A stretch of DNA of 64,000 nt, taken from positions 5,022,714-5,086,713 of the forward strand of contig MU053379.1 in NCBI GenBank assembly GCA_013239625.1, read 5' to 3'. Positions 36,898 through 49,244 of the stretch are shown piece after piece (positions within the stretch are counted from its first letter, which is position 1; every line of letters begins with the position of its first letter). The notes under the pieces are model-generated. The model worked only from the letters and a program-made list of their open reading frames with translations. It was not told the DNA's origin and ran no database searches. The stretch is from Lama guanicoe. Its lineage: Eukaryota. A program made the position numbers and the translations under genes.

Positions 36898-38694
36898 GGG
36901 TTTTCCAGGGTCTCTGCTCTGATTGCTCTCGGCGAGCGTCCACCGCATTCCTCCGCCCCAGCACCTGAGGTCCTGCTCAGCAAAGTTCAAACAGAAACCT
37001 GCCCGGGTGGGTGCCAGGTGATGCGGGGTTGAGTCCTGTGGGTGCATCTCGGGAGACACTGGCACCAGGACACACGGAGGCCCAGGCGGTTCTGGGCTGT
37101 GCCCCGCAGCACCGTGGGGCCCGGTGCCTCCAGCACATGGTCAGGGTGAGCGCCGAGCCCCAGGTTGCGGGTTTCAGTGAGGAGCTGGCTTTAATCAGGG
37201 GCAGTCAGAGGGTTGCATGCCAAAGACTGGACAGACCCCCCTCCCTCCCAGGGCGGCAGCGGGTCCCAAGGGATGTGACTGCTGACGCAGCCCACCTTGT
37301 GAGCCTGGGGGACAGCCCTGACGCGGGCGGGCAGGCGGGGGCAGGAGGGGGACGCAGGTGTGATACCTGAGAAGTGTGAGAATGAGAAGCACTGGGGCGA
37401 CCGCCCTCGCCTGGTGTCCTATCTGGTCTGGGTGGGGGCGTCACGGGGCTCCAGCTGCAGAGGCTGCAGGGAGACCACCAGGATCCAAGCACGGAAAATG
37501 AGCCAGCTTGCCTCTGCCTGGGGCTCCCCCAGAGCATCAGCCTTGGGGCAGGGGCAGAGGTGTGCGTGTACTACGGCAGAGGGGTGCTGCCGCCAACCAG
37601 GCTGAAGCCAGGGCTCGGCTCTGCGGGGGCCAGAACCGGCCTCTCCCCCCGCCTCCCCCCACCGCCACCCCAAGCATCCCTACCAGTTTAGGGAGTTAAA
37701 GGACTCCGGAGGCGAAGAAGGAAAGTGCACGACGGCAAAAGTGAAAATCGACTTGGTCCGTTTGCAGGCTAGCGATCTCACCTGAAAAAGTGTAAATGAC
37801 TGGGCTTTTCCCAAGAGACTCCTGAATAAGTCGTGGAATGTGTCTGAGCCGAGCAAGACACGCAGGTCACTCCCTGGGTGTCTCTGATGCTGAAGGAGGC
37901 TCTTGTTTTTTAAAAACAGCCACTCGAGTGACACACACTGGGCAAGGGCCCACCGCACACCCTGCCTTGGGACGCGCGCGCGGCTGTGTGCCCGGCCTCC
38001 CGGCCTCACTCGGAGCCGCCCCGACGCTGCCCTGGCCCCCACCTGGGCAGCAGGACCCCATGGCGTGTGCGTGAGCCGCCCTGACTCCGCTGGGCCTGGC
38101 GGCTGGAACGTGTGTTGGTTTTCATAGTTCTCAGAGGCGTATTTGAATAAAGAGTCTAAAGTTTAAGAGTTTAAATTGCAGCTTACGCTGAACAGCGCTG
38201 GAGAGGGCTGAAGGACGTAAGTTAGAAAGTGATGGAGTCAAAGCGCACTGCTCCCCCTGAGGGAAGCCCGCCCTCTCCGTGCTCACCATTGTTCCGCCGA
38301 CTCCTCTTCACCTTCGTGGGGCCGCGTCGTCCAGTGTCTTAGGTGTCGCAGGGGCGTCCCCCCGGAGGCTTGCCGTGACTCTGGGGTCGGATCCCGAGAG
38401 GGTGTGGTGTGGACTTGGGTCTCTTCCCCCCTGAGACGGACCGAACTCGCGAGTGACATAAACGGACAGGTTGAAATGGCACCCAGGCCGGGCCCTGGAG
38501 CTGCCGGGGGTACAAACTCCTGAGAAGATGGGGCCCTGGTGGGAATGGAGGCCTTTGGGAAGCTGCACTTCTTCCAGAAAACAAACTTTTGAGCCTGCAG
38601 GAAGAGTTAGGGAAGGATGTCTCTGGAACCCCGCCCCCCACCCGCACAGAGCGGGGACAGATGCTCCAGGCAAGACAAGACGTCTTTAACTCCT

Positions 38695-39860
38695 TTTTAT
38701 TTATTTGTTTTTAATTGAAGTGCAGTCAGTTACAGTGTGTCAATTTATGGTGCACAATGCAATGTCCCCGTCCACACATACACATAGTGGCGTTCAGTCT
38801 TGTTCATTAAAGGTAGTGAGTGTAGTTCCCTGTGCGCTACAGAGGAAACTTGTTTTTTAATCTGTTTTTATATATCAGGGCTAGCACTTACAGTTGAACT
38901 CCTCTCTCCAGTTGAGGTGTCACTGATGTACATCATTGTGCAGTTCAGGTGCACAGCATGATGGCTCCACATTTGTGTGTGCTGTGAAGCAGCCACAGTG
39001 ACTCCAGATAAGGTCTCTCACTGTACAGAGTGTTTCTTCTCTTCTTGGGACGAGGACTTTGTCTTAGCACCTGTCACACATACAGCACAGCGCTGTTGAC
39101 TGTAGTCCCCCTGCTGTACCTACGGCCCCAGGACCTCTGTTTTAAGACTGGAGGTCTACCTTTTGATCCCACCTACCCCTCAATCTGATCTCTGTTTCTA
39201 TGAATTCAGTGTTCTAGATTCCACGTGTAAGTGAGATCATACACTATGTGTCTTTCTTTGTCTGACTCATTTCACTTAGCATAACACCCTCTAGGTCATC
39301 CATGTTGTGGCAAGATTTAACTCTTTTTATGGCTGAGTAGTATTCCATTGTGTAAATATACCACATCTTTATCCAGCCATCTGCTGAGGGACATTCAGGC
39401 TGTTTCCAGGTCTTGGCTGTTGTAAGTAGTGCTGCTGTGAACGTAGGGGTGCAGGCGTCTTTTCTGATGGGTGATTTCATGTCCTTTGGGTGTATCCCCA
39501 GAAGTGGAACTGCTGAATCGTGTGGCATCATCTCTCACCTTTTGATGACAGCCATCCTGACAGGTGTGAGGTGATAGCTCGCCCTGGTTTTGATTAATGT
39601 TTCCATGATGATGAGTGATGTTGGGTGTCTGTCCATGTGCCTGTTGGCCATCTGTGTGTCTTCTCTGGAAAAATGTCTGTTCAGGTCCTCTGTCCATTTT
39701 TAATCAGACTGCTCTGTTTTGCTTTGTTTCTTGCCGTTGCAGTGCACCAGTTCCTCATGTATTTGGGGTACTGGCCCCTTGTCAGGTGTGTGATTTGACA
39801 GTGTTTCCTCCCCTTCAGCAGGCTGCTTTTTCGTTTTGTTGACGGTTAGCTTTCTGAGCA
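38695..39860 (-). mobile_element. LINE-1 3'-end fragments (at least two)
   Basis: ORF 39244..39531(-) ACTPTFTAALLTTAKTWKQPECPSADGWIKMWYIYTMEYYSAIK, plus L1 3' UTR pattern and poly(T) at ~38695. Confidence 0.85.
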
Positions 39861-40714
39861 GGGCAGGAGCGTTTTCAGTTGTGGCAATGTTGCCAGGTCT
39901 CCCTGTGACTCCCCGGCGGCTGTGGTGCCTGCCCCCCGGGGCGTCAGCAGCGCAGCTCTGGCCGGTTTCCAGCTGCCTGGCAGGAAAGCAGGGCTGCCTG
40001 ACAGCTTGTGAGGCACCGATCTGATTCCTCTCGCACGTGTGTCTGAGAGAACTTCCTTTTGTGTGAAACACCTGTGCATGTCCCTTGCCAATTTTTCTGT
40101 AAGACTGTGGTCTTTTTCTTACTGATTTTAGGAAATTTTTGTATTTTAAGGAAATCTGCTGTTGTGATAAAATGCTTTACAGTTTCCCCCATTTTATTAT
40201 TGTTTTGACTTTACAGCATTTTTTCAATGCACAGTTTTACTATTTTAAGATATTTAAGTGTATCTAAGTTATGACTTTTTTATACATTCTATCTAAGTTG
40301 ATGAATTGTGGCTTTTGTATCATAATTAGAAAAGCTTCCCCACTGAGACAGTGTTGAAAGGGCACACTTTTTTCAGACCTCATTTTAGTTTTTACATTCC
40401 TTTAAGAACTCCCTGCAGATGCTCCTGAGTACTCTCAGGCATAGCAAATCACTGTTTAAGAATAGATTTAGTTTTGAGAACAGTTTCAGAATCACTGGAA
40501 GGCTCAAACTGGAATAATCCATTTTCGGTTAAAATCAAGGATAGCTGTAAAGTGATGGGGCAGCTCCAAAGGGGGACGTTCAGAAGTGCACAGAGGCCCC
40601 GCAGGCCAGCAGTGTAAACGCAGAGCCTCCCGAGGTGGGCCCTGGAGGAGCCCCCTCGGGTGCGCAGTTTCTGGTGGAGCTGTCTTCAGGTGGCTTGTCT
40701 GGAGACTGTGAAAT

Positions 40715-41488
40715 GTGAGGAGGGGAGAGCGGTTTTCTCCCTCCGCTCCTCCACTCGTGCCTCAGCGCTCTGCCCTCGCTGCCTCCCTCCGCCACCAGGG
40801 ATTTGGGGGTTTCCACACCAGGCAGTTCTCAGACACAGTGTCCGCAGCGCAGCTCAGTTCCAACACTGCACACTGGGTACTTCTGATCCACCAGCTATAA
40901 ATCAGGTTCCCAAACCCCCTCTTCAGATGCTGTAATTTGCTAGAGAGGCTCACAGAACTCAGGAAAACAGCTTATGTCCTGTTGCCAATTTATGACAAAG
41001 GGTACAAGCCAAGCGGCAGATGGAAGAGCCGTGAAGGTGCGAGCTGCAGGGGAGGGCGGCTTCCAGCTCTGGGGCGAGCTGCCTGCCTGCACCTCTGCAT
41101 CTTCCCCAGCCTGGAAGCCCTCCAAACCCTGCACGTGGGGCATTTGTATGGGGTCTGTGTAGGTGTGATGGATTGAGTCACTGATTTCCCGTCTCCACCC
41201 CAGGGGGCATTGGAGAGGCTGAAATTCTGAGCTCTCTGATCTCTTGGTTGGTTCCCCGGCAACCAGCCCCCATCCAGTGGTTACGGGGGGGGTGTCCCAA
41301 ACTCACCTCATTAGCAAAAATTCAGGTATCATTGAAGGGCTGATAGGACTGAGGATGAAAGACCAAGCAGAACAAGAGATGCTCCCGTTGCTCTTGTGTG
41401 TAGGAAACCCCTAGGGCTGGGGAGCTGTGAGCCAGGAATAGCGACGGAGACCAAATACGTATTTCGTGTCGTGAATCACAACATCACA
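40715..41488 (-). mobile_element. ERV solo LTR (MER21-like)
   Basis: TG...CA ends and the MER21-type core ggttcccaaaccccctc..aatttgctagagaggctcacagaactcaggaaaaca, as recalled. Confidence 0.7.
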
Positions 41489-42779
41489 GTCCTAGAAGGA
41501 GGCTTTAGGTGGCCGGGGGCCTGACAGACGTCGGGCTGTTAGAGCCTGGCCCTGCCTCTGAGTGCAGACTCGTCGTCACGGGGTAGCTGCTGACCAGGAA
41601 GGGTGTCCTGAAGGAAGACAGCGGCTCATTTACCGCGTCCTGCCGGGTCAGCATCCAATGGGGCTCGAGGAGGGGTCCCTGCTCAGGCGAGAGGTCAGAC
41701 CCGGCTACTCCAAGGGCTCTTCACACTCAAGATCCTTGGATTCGCGTTGAGAGGTACATCCAGCTCTGGCCAGATAAGCACACCCCACGTAGGCCACTCT
41801 GTCTCCAGTTACGGTAACAAAAGTGGCTGTGTCTGCAGCAGCTCTGCGTGTCGGGCGGGCATGGAGCCAGCTGCTCTCTTGTGTAGCCAGCGATTTACTC
41901 ATCAGGCAGCCGTGGGCAGGTGCCAGTCATGTCAGCCATGCAGCCGAGAGGCTGGGCCTGACGGAGCCAGGGGCCGAGGATCCAGTCTGGAGGCCCCAGA
42001 CCCTCAGTGCTGTGCCCCTCAAGTTAAGACTGTCTCCAGATGGATTTCTCATCACGGCAGGCCTGGCATGCAGCTATTTATCAGAAGCAGGTTTCTCTGC
42101 TAAAGAATCAATCATCACAATAATAATGAGCATTGTAATAATTAGAAAACAGTTATAGTGTCTAGAGAAATAAAAACCAGCCCAGGCCTAACGGCCTTCA
42201 TCTTTCTGATGGCCTCTGATGTCTTACTTTCCGTGTCACTGATTGGTGGTTAGAGGTCTCCGCTTAAAAGCTAAGTGCAGCCTGGGGAATCTTGGTGTCC
42301 GCCTGGGGCTTATGCAGCTCAGAAGCAGTCTTCCTCTATGACGCAACCTGTGTCAAGAGGCCTCCCTGGAGGTCAGAAGAGCGCCAAAGCTGGCGTTTGT
42401 GGCACAGAACCTGGGGCAGTGGGCTGGCTCCAGATGCAGCTTCCAGGGCATGAGGTGGTCAGAAAACATGGCTGGTGGTTTTCCAGACCCTCCTGGAGGG
42501 CAGCTCAGGAGCAAATGAGTTTGCACGTGAAGGTGGCAGAGCTCAGGGACCTGCAGGGGCTTGTCTAAGGCAGCAAGGAAAACGGGGCCTATAAGTCAGG
42601 GTCTTCAGCTTCCTGGGGGGAAGATTTCTAAGGGTTTTTAAATGACTTCCTATGCATTGGAATGTTACTTGGCAGTAAAACGATAGGAGTACTGACCTCT
42701 GCTCTGATATGGTGAAGCTTGAAAACATCAGGCCGAGGGGAGGAACCAAACACAAAACATCACGTAACTGCAAGACTCC

Positions 42780-43035
42780 GTTAACACAAAAACACCCGGA
42801 ACAGGCAAACCCACAGAGATAGCAAGCAGATTGGTTGTCGCCTAGGGTGAGGGGCTGGGGGATACATGGGAGCAGCCGCTAATTGGTCTGGGTACAGGGT
42901 TTTGAGGGGAGAGAAGGTTCTAAATTTAGGGGATGGTGATGGCTGTACAACTGTAAAAATGCTAAGCACTATTGAATTGGGCACTTGAAGTGGGTAACTT
43001 ATACCATGAAAATTATATCTCAGTGAAGCAGTTTA
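42780..43035 (+). mobile_element. Old LINE-1 3' UTR fragment (L1MB/ME-like)
   Basis: ggcaaacccacagagatag..gattggttgtcgcctaggg..ggtgatggctgtacaac..aattatatctcagtgaagc. Confidence 0.75.
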
Positions 43036-43194
43036 CGAAACGAAGACTGGAACTCTGGGAAGGCCGCCACCTGAAACAGCAGATTTCCCTTCAAAGAGTT
43101 CCCTGTAGGCATCGTGTTCCGGTCTGAGAGCACATGAGCCTTTCTGCTTTGTTCAACTCTTAGGCTTTTTCTTTTAAGTTGATTTTTTTAATTT

Positions 43195-43595
43195 TTAAAA
43201 ATTTTATTTTTTATTTGACATATAACATTATGTTTGTTTCAGGTGTACAACATAGTGGTTCATTATCTGTACACATCGTGAAATCAGAAGTCCAGTTACC
43301 ATCCATCACCTTATATAGTTACAAATTTTTTCCTTGTTTTTTTTTCTTGTGTCAACAATATTAAGATCTATTCTCTAAGCAGCTTGCAAATATGCAATAT
43401 AGTATTATTAACTATAGCCACCATCTATACATCACATTCCCAGGACTTATTTATTTTATCACCAGAAGTTTGTACCTCTTGACCCCCTTCCCCATCCCTC
43501 CCACCCTAACCCCCCCACCTCTGGCAGCTACCAATCTGTTCTCTGTGTCTGTGAGCTTGGTTTTCTTGTTTGTTTGTTTGTTTGTTTTAGATTCA
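43195..43595 (-). mobile_element. LINE-1 3' UTR fragment
   Basis: ttgacatataacattatgtttgtttcaggtgtacaacatagt..ctggcagctaccaatctgttctctgtgtctgtgag..ttttagattc. Confidence 0.8.
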
Positions 43596-44823
43596 GGGAC
43601 TCCCTGAGCGTGGGGGCTGCAGAGGCGAGAACCATACTGGGGAGGCCCGTGAGTGCTGGCTGGGTGTCCTTCCCAGGCGCTCACAGCCCTGCACACAGCC
43701 CCAGGCTCCATGGTTCTGGGGCTGCTTCTCTCCCCACCCCTAGCCCTCTCCCTGACCCCATCCCTGACCACTCACTCTTCTGCTTGCACCCTTTGGGAAG
43801 GGACACTTTAGAATGCCTGCTGGCTGTGGTCAGGGGCCTGCCTTCACCTGTTGCCTTCAGTCCCCCAGGCCCAGCCTGAGGACCTGCCAGGGAGGGGCTG
43901 AGACTGGCTTAGCAAGCTTTCCTGGTTGGGGTCAGTTTGCACGAGCAGGTGCTGGGCTCAGCCCTTGGCTGAGGGACTGTCCAATCTGCAGCCTGGGTAG
44001 GATGGTTCTGGGGAGCATCTGGGAGGCAGGGGAGACCATGAGGAAACTACTGTGGGAATTCCAGCAAGAGGACCCAAGAGAGCAACTGAGGATGGATGTG
44101 GGGAGACTGGACACCCAGGGAGCAAGATGGCTGGGGGCCCCAGACTCCCTCTTGGGGGACAGGCTTCTTACAGGGAGTCCTTGGGACCTTGGGAGAGAAG
44201 GCCTGGTGTTACGGGTGAACATCATGTGTAATAAAAGGCTTTTGCAGACGCCATGGGCTCACCCCCGCCCCGCTTTTGTGTCCACGGCTGAGGCTCAGCA
44301 CCGTCCTTGGGTCTGCAGGCCCAGAGGCCGGCCCGTCTTAGAACCTCCCATGAGTGGGATTCTGCAGGCTGAGCTCTGTGGCGCTGCCTCCTCCCGCCCA
44401 ACATCGTTGCTCCGCACGTTGGATGTGGTCGGGCATTCTCCGCTGCACTCTTCAGCTGTGGGAGTGCACCACAATTCATTTATCAGTGCAGCATCGATGG
44501 GCATTTGCCTGGTTTCTAGTTTGGGACTGTTTGGAATATTTGAATGTTATGAGCACTTCTGTTCATGCCTTTGGATTGGCATGAGCACTTACTTAGGTAT
44601 TTTCTTTGGAGTAGAATTGCTGGGTGTTTGTTTAGCTTCAGTGAATACTGCCAGTTTTGCAAAATTGTACCAACCTGTAAGGACTCTTGTTGCTGGAGAA
44701 ACTACAGGGGCCAAGATAGGCCTGGGGTGGGGCAGTGAGAGCAGCACTGAAGCCAGGGACCCGAAGAGGGCCCTGGGGAACAGCAGCAGCGCCGTGAGTG
44801 GTGTAGACCTGAGGGTTGCCGGT

Positions 44824-44854
44824 GAGCGAGTGAGCGAGTGAGCGAGTGAGCGAG
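44824..44854. repeat. (GAGCGAGT)n octamer repeat
   Basis: Seven consecutive GAGY tetramers about 470 bp upstream of the PYGB ATG. Confidence 0.95.
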
Positions 44855-45049
44855 GGGCTCCAGCCCAGGGCCTGCAGGTAGGAACCAGGTGAGAGGCTTT
44901 GGGGAGGGGGAGGAGCAGGAGGAGACACAGTCTCATGGCGTGGACAGGAAGAGAGGTGCTGGCAGGAATGGGCCACAAGTCCACGACCCCACCCTCAGCT
45001 GTGCATTTTGCGAAACTCAGCTGTATTCATTCACCCAGGGGTAAGTGGG

Positions 45050-45315
45050 TGGCCCCTGCAGCGCGCCCCGCCCACCACGTGACCACGCCCCCAACATAGC
45101 CCGTCCTCGCAGAGACCCCTCTCGGAGGCCGCGGCCCCGCCCGCGGCCGCGCTCAGGCGCGCTCCGCCCCGCCCCCCGCCGCCGCGGCGCAGGGCGCAGT
45201 GCGCAGGCGCGGCCGGGCAGCCGGCGTCGCCGGAGCATCCTCGGTGCGGGCGTGTCCCCGCGGCTGTGCCGGTCCTCGTCCTCCTCGTCCTCGTCCTCCG
45301 CGGGCGGCCGCCGCG
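45050..45315 (+). promoter_or_regulatory. PYGB: PYGB CpG-island promoter and 5' UTR
   Basis: Dense CpG; GC boxes CCCCGCCC, E-box CACGTGAC (45076), KLF-type CCACGCCC, NRF1-type TGCGCAGGCGC (~45200); (CCT/CGT)n tract in the 5' UTR. Confidence 0.88.
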
Positions 45316-45558
45316 ATGGCGAAGCCGCTGACGGACGGCGAGAGGCGGAAGCAGATCAGCGTGCGCGGGCTGGCGGGACTGGGCGACGTGGCCGAGGTGC
45401 GGAAGAGCTTCAACCGGCACCTGCACTTCACGCTCGTCAAGGACCGCAACGTGGCCACGCGCCGCGACTACTACCTGGCGCTGGCGCACACGGTGCGCGA
45501 CCACCTGGTGGGCCGCTGGATCCGCACGCAGCAGCGCTACTACGAGCGCGACCCCAAG
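45316..45558 (+). CDS. PYGB: Glycogen phosphorylase, brain form, exon 1
   Basis: [58 protein letters not shown], including the regulatory phospho-Ser in RKQISVR. Kozak gcgATGG; donor AAG|GTGAGG; 243 nt. Confidence 0.98.
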
Positions 45559-45570
45559 GTGAGGCGGCGC

Positions 45571-45805
45571 GGGTGGGGAGGCACCCCCCCAGGGCGGAGG
45601 GAGCGGTCCCCAGGGTGAGGGGAGACCCCCCAGGGTGGGGAGGCACCCCCCCAGGGCGGAGGGAGCGGTCCCCAGGTGAGGGGAGGCCCCCCAGGTGAGG
45701 GGAGACCCCCCAGGGTGGGGAGGGACCCCCCAGGGCGGAGGGAGCGGTCCCCAGGTGAGGGGAGGCCCCCACAGGTGGGGAGACCTCCAGGGTGGGGAGA
45801 GACCT
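45571..45805. repeat. GC-rich minisatellite at the start of PYGB intron 1
   Basis: ~19-21 bp subunits (ccaggtgaggggagacccc; cagggtggggaggcacccc; cagggcggagggagcggtcc) forming ~60-80 bp higher-order repeats. Confidence 0.93.
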
Positions 45806-47699
45806 GCGTGAGGCGGTCCCGCAAGCCCCGGTGCTGGGCGGCCTCAGCTGCGGGGAGGAGCCCTCAGGTCGGGAATGCGCTGCCCCAGGCGCGATCCCTC
45901 CTCGGAGAACTTCCTTGGGTTAAGGTCGGCCGACATAAGGAATCTTCAGTTCTTTTTACATTTTCCGCAAGTGTAGGCCTATGGTAGAAAAATACGAAGT
46001 ACGCCGGAGAATGTCACTCATCTCCGTGATCAACTGCGTCAAACACAGCTGTCCGTTCTTCCACGTCGTTTCCTGTTCTTAATTATATACAGACTTTTGA
46101 AGAAGCATGTGGTGCATACAGTTTTGTGGCTCTTCTGTTTCATGTGTAGCTTTCCCCACGGCTTTCCGAGTCACTGAACGTGATTCTCCTGTATCACTGG
46201 TGGTTTTCAGTTTGATGGATGTGTCACAGGCTTGGCCAGGCTCCTGCTGCCAGTTTTGTTTGGTTTTAGTTTTTGTTTTTCCCCTTGACCTTGGAGAGCT
46301 TTATCCTTTCTGTGACGCTAATATAGAGTGAAAACGGACGCACTTGCAGGCCCGACGCCAGTTTGCAAAGCCCTGACTTGCGGTGTCCTGGGCACTGGGC
46401 ATGGCTTTAGTGATAGTATTTTACAGTATTTTTGTGGGGGGTTAAGAAATGTTTAGTAATTGCTAAGACTGAGACTGGGGGCTTTCCCAGACTTACTCTG
46501 GGGCCCTCTTTTTCTGAAAGAGGTGGTGGAAAGGACAGGTTTGTTAGGACACAGACTAGCCTCTTCATATTTAGTGTGCAAGACGGTGAAGAAGTGGCCC
46601 CAAATGGCTGAAACGGGTTATCTCAGCAGAGGCTTGGGATGACTCTGCCAGGGAAGCTGGCCAAGAGGCAGTGGCTCCCCCAGAATTCCCTGCTGACGGC
46701 AGAGCTGATTTGCTAAATCATTGTTTTGTGTGGCAGGTGACGGTGGCATATCGCTGATGGCACTTTCAAGGGCATTTCCCTGCAGCTGAACCAGAACATA
46801 CCCAACACTGTGGGGCCCCCTCAGAGTGCTGATGTTTAGATCCTGAAAAGGCCAGTGTGGGCTCAAGGGTTACGGAAATGACCTTTCATGAAGGAACTCA
46901 TCCCTCTAACAAAACACGGTTGGCTGCTCCTCACTGGGCTCTGCTGTGGCAGCTAGAGGCAAAACCTTTCTCTTTAAAGAAGCTGCACAGCCTGTGGAAG
47001 GAAGGTTGTCCGCCTCTCCCGGGTAGGAAGGCCATTTGAAAATGGAAGCTTGGAATTTAAGTGCTTCAATCTGGCTAATTCACGTCGAAAATAACCCCCT
47101 CATTTCCTTTTCCTGTAAAAGTTACATGTTTGCTTGTAACGAAGAAACAAGCTCCAGGAGGATGAGAGGGTGAAGGGAGGTGGGTGGGATCCCAGGAATA
47201 ACCCTGCAGAGCCCCACCCCGGCCTGGGGTGGCCTCAGCGGTGCCACCACTGCACTTGAGGCTTAGGTAGCCTGATGGCCAAACAATGCATTACAGTGCT
47301 TTTATTTGATTTTCCATTTACTTTAAAACAATTATGCAAGTCCCTGTTGTCAGAGAACAAACTAAAGAACAGATAAACCAGAAGGAAAAACCTAACTGTA
47401 ATCTCACCACCCAGCTGTAACGCTAAATGCTACAGACATCTTGTGTTCCACACCTCCTGTGCTGTTTTCATCACGCACAGCAGCATCTGGCCACGGGCAC
47501 CTACTGCTTCACAGCTCTTTCAGGCACTCTGTTTTTGGTAATAGCAGAAGCTGTGCTCAGAGGCGGCGTTTCCAAGTAAGCTGCCTGGCAAATTAGCAAG
47601 TCAGAAAATCCGGCTAAAATTGAGAGGATTGCACTTGGCAGGAGACAGCGCTGAGTTCTAAAGATAGCTCAGGGAGGCTCTGTTTTTTGTTTGTTTTAG

Positions 47700-48130
47700 T
47701 TTTTTTACTGAGGTGTAGTCGTTTTACAGTGTGTCAGCTTCTAGTGTACAGCATAATGTTTCAGTCATGTATATACACAGACATATATTTGTTTTCATCG
47801 TAAGTTACTACAGGATATTGAATATAGTTCCCTGTGCTCTACAGAGGAAATTTGTTTTTTATCTATTTTTTATATAATCATTAGTGTTTGCAAATCTCCA
47901 ACTCCCAATTTATCCCTTCCCACCCCGTAACCCCTGCCCATAACCATAAGATTGTTTACTATGTCTGCGAGTCTGCTTCTGTTTTGTAGATAAATTCATT
48001 AGTGGCCTTTTTTTTTTTTTTTAGATTCCACACACTAGTGCTATCATACGGCATTTTTCTTTCTCTTTCTTGCTTCACTTAGAGTGGCCGTCTCTGGGCC
48101 ATCGGCGCTGCAGACAGCACTGTTGTGTGC
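47700..48130 (-). mobile_element. LINE-1 3' end fragment
   Basis: gatattgaatatagttccctgtgctctacagagg..taaccataagattgtt..ttagattccaca matches the other L1 3' UTRs in this window. Confidence 0.85.
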
Positions 48131-49244
48131 TTTTTTCCAGGAGTCTCTGAAGCGATGGCAAGGTCCGGACTCCACTGTAAACTCAGGAGCAGAAGAGAGC
48201 AGGGGGAAGGGCCGGCTCACACAGCTCCAAGCTCCTTTAGCCCTGGCTCTGCCGTTCAGCCTGTTTGACCTTGGGCTTCGGTGGTTTTCTTAACCTTACT
48301 TCGCCTCAGGTTTTTCATCTTTAAAATGAGGAAGGTCACCTGGGTAATCTGTTTCGGAGCCCATAGTCATTCTAAAACATTATAGTTTTGTGTTTGTTTA
48401 TAAAGTGTTTCCATTTTATATTGATACTCCATCCAAAAAGAATTTGAGAATGTTTAAGTGAGGTCTGACCCAAAAGGTTCCGCTTAACAGAAGACCTCAT
48501 AGAGAAAGTTGGGGCGAGACAGTGAGGGTAGGAAAACAGGTCAAGTTCAGGTGCAGGTCAGGACACCAAATGCATTCTGGCAGCCAAAGCAAATGGTGGG
48601 TCACATCCAGCTACCGAGTCAGGGGACCTGTGCAGCAGCTCCGGAACGGGCACGTGCGAGACTTCTCCCACGGGTCTTTAAAGCGGATGTTGTACTACCA
48701 TGTGGACAGCTGGTCTGACTGCGTCCCTGCAGTGGGTGGACTGGTCAGTTCTCCATGCTCTTCCCCATAAGCTTGTGGCATAACCGTAACGATAGACTGA
48801 GGGAGAGCAGTTCCACCACTGCGGCCCAGCTGTGGTCTCAGATGTTTCCAATAAGATAATCACAGTTAATCTTACTGTTTGGCTGAACTGGGAGTTAAAG
48901 GAAGAGAATCTAGACCAGCGTTTTGTAGTCTTGGCTGCCCACAACCCTCACCTCTTAAGTTTTGTATTAACTAGCCAGCAGTGAGACCAGCGCTGGAATT
49001 TTCTTGAAACACTCAGTCATCCTGATGTATCTGAAGTGTGAAGGTGACCTTGTGTCCCCTGGGCTGGCTCCCCCGGGAGCAGAGGGCTCACAGAAGCTGA
49101 GGAGGGGCAGGCGTCTGGGCTGCCGGTCACGCCGACAGCGTGCCGAGGGGAAGGCGAGGTCACGCCGTCACTCCACGGGATGAGGAGGCCACCGAGTGTG
49201 CCCTGGGCTTTTCGGAGGACATTTCAGCCTCTGCTCCTGTGGGC

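Noticed and set aside
41490..42300. Possible ERV internal sequence next to the MER21-like LTR
   Set aside because: No gag, pol or env motif recognised in any frame; cannot be supported without a repeat search.
45199..45315. N-terminal extension of PYGB suggested by ORF 45199..45618
   Set aside because: The track starts at GTG; the first ATG (45316) has a good Kozak context and matches the known MAKPLTD start.
45571..45805. Repeat array as a CRISPR-like locus
   Set aside because: No unique spacers, degenerate tandem subunits, mammalian intron context and no cas genes.
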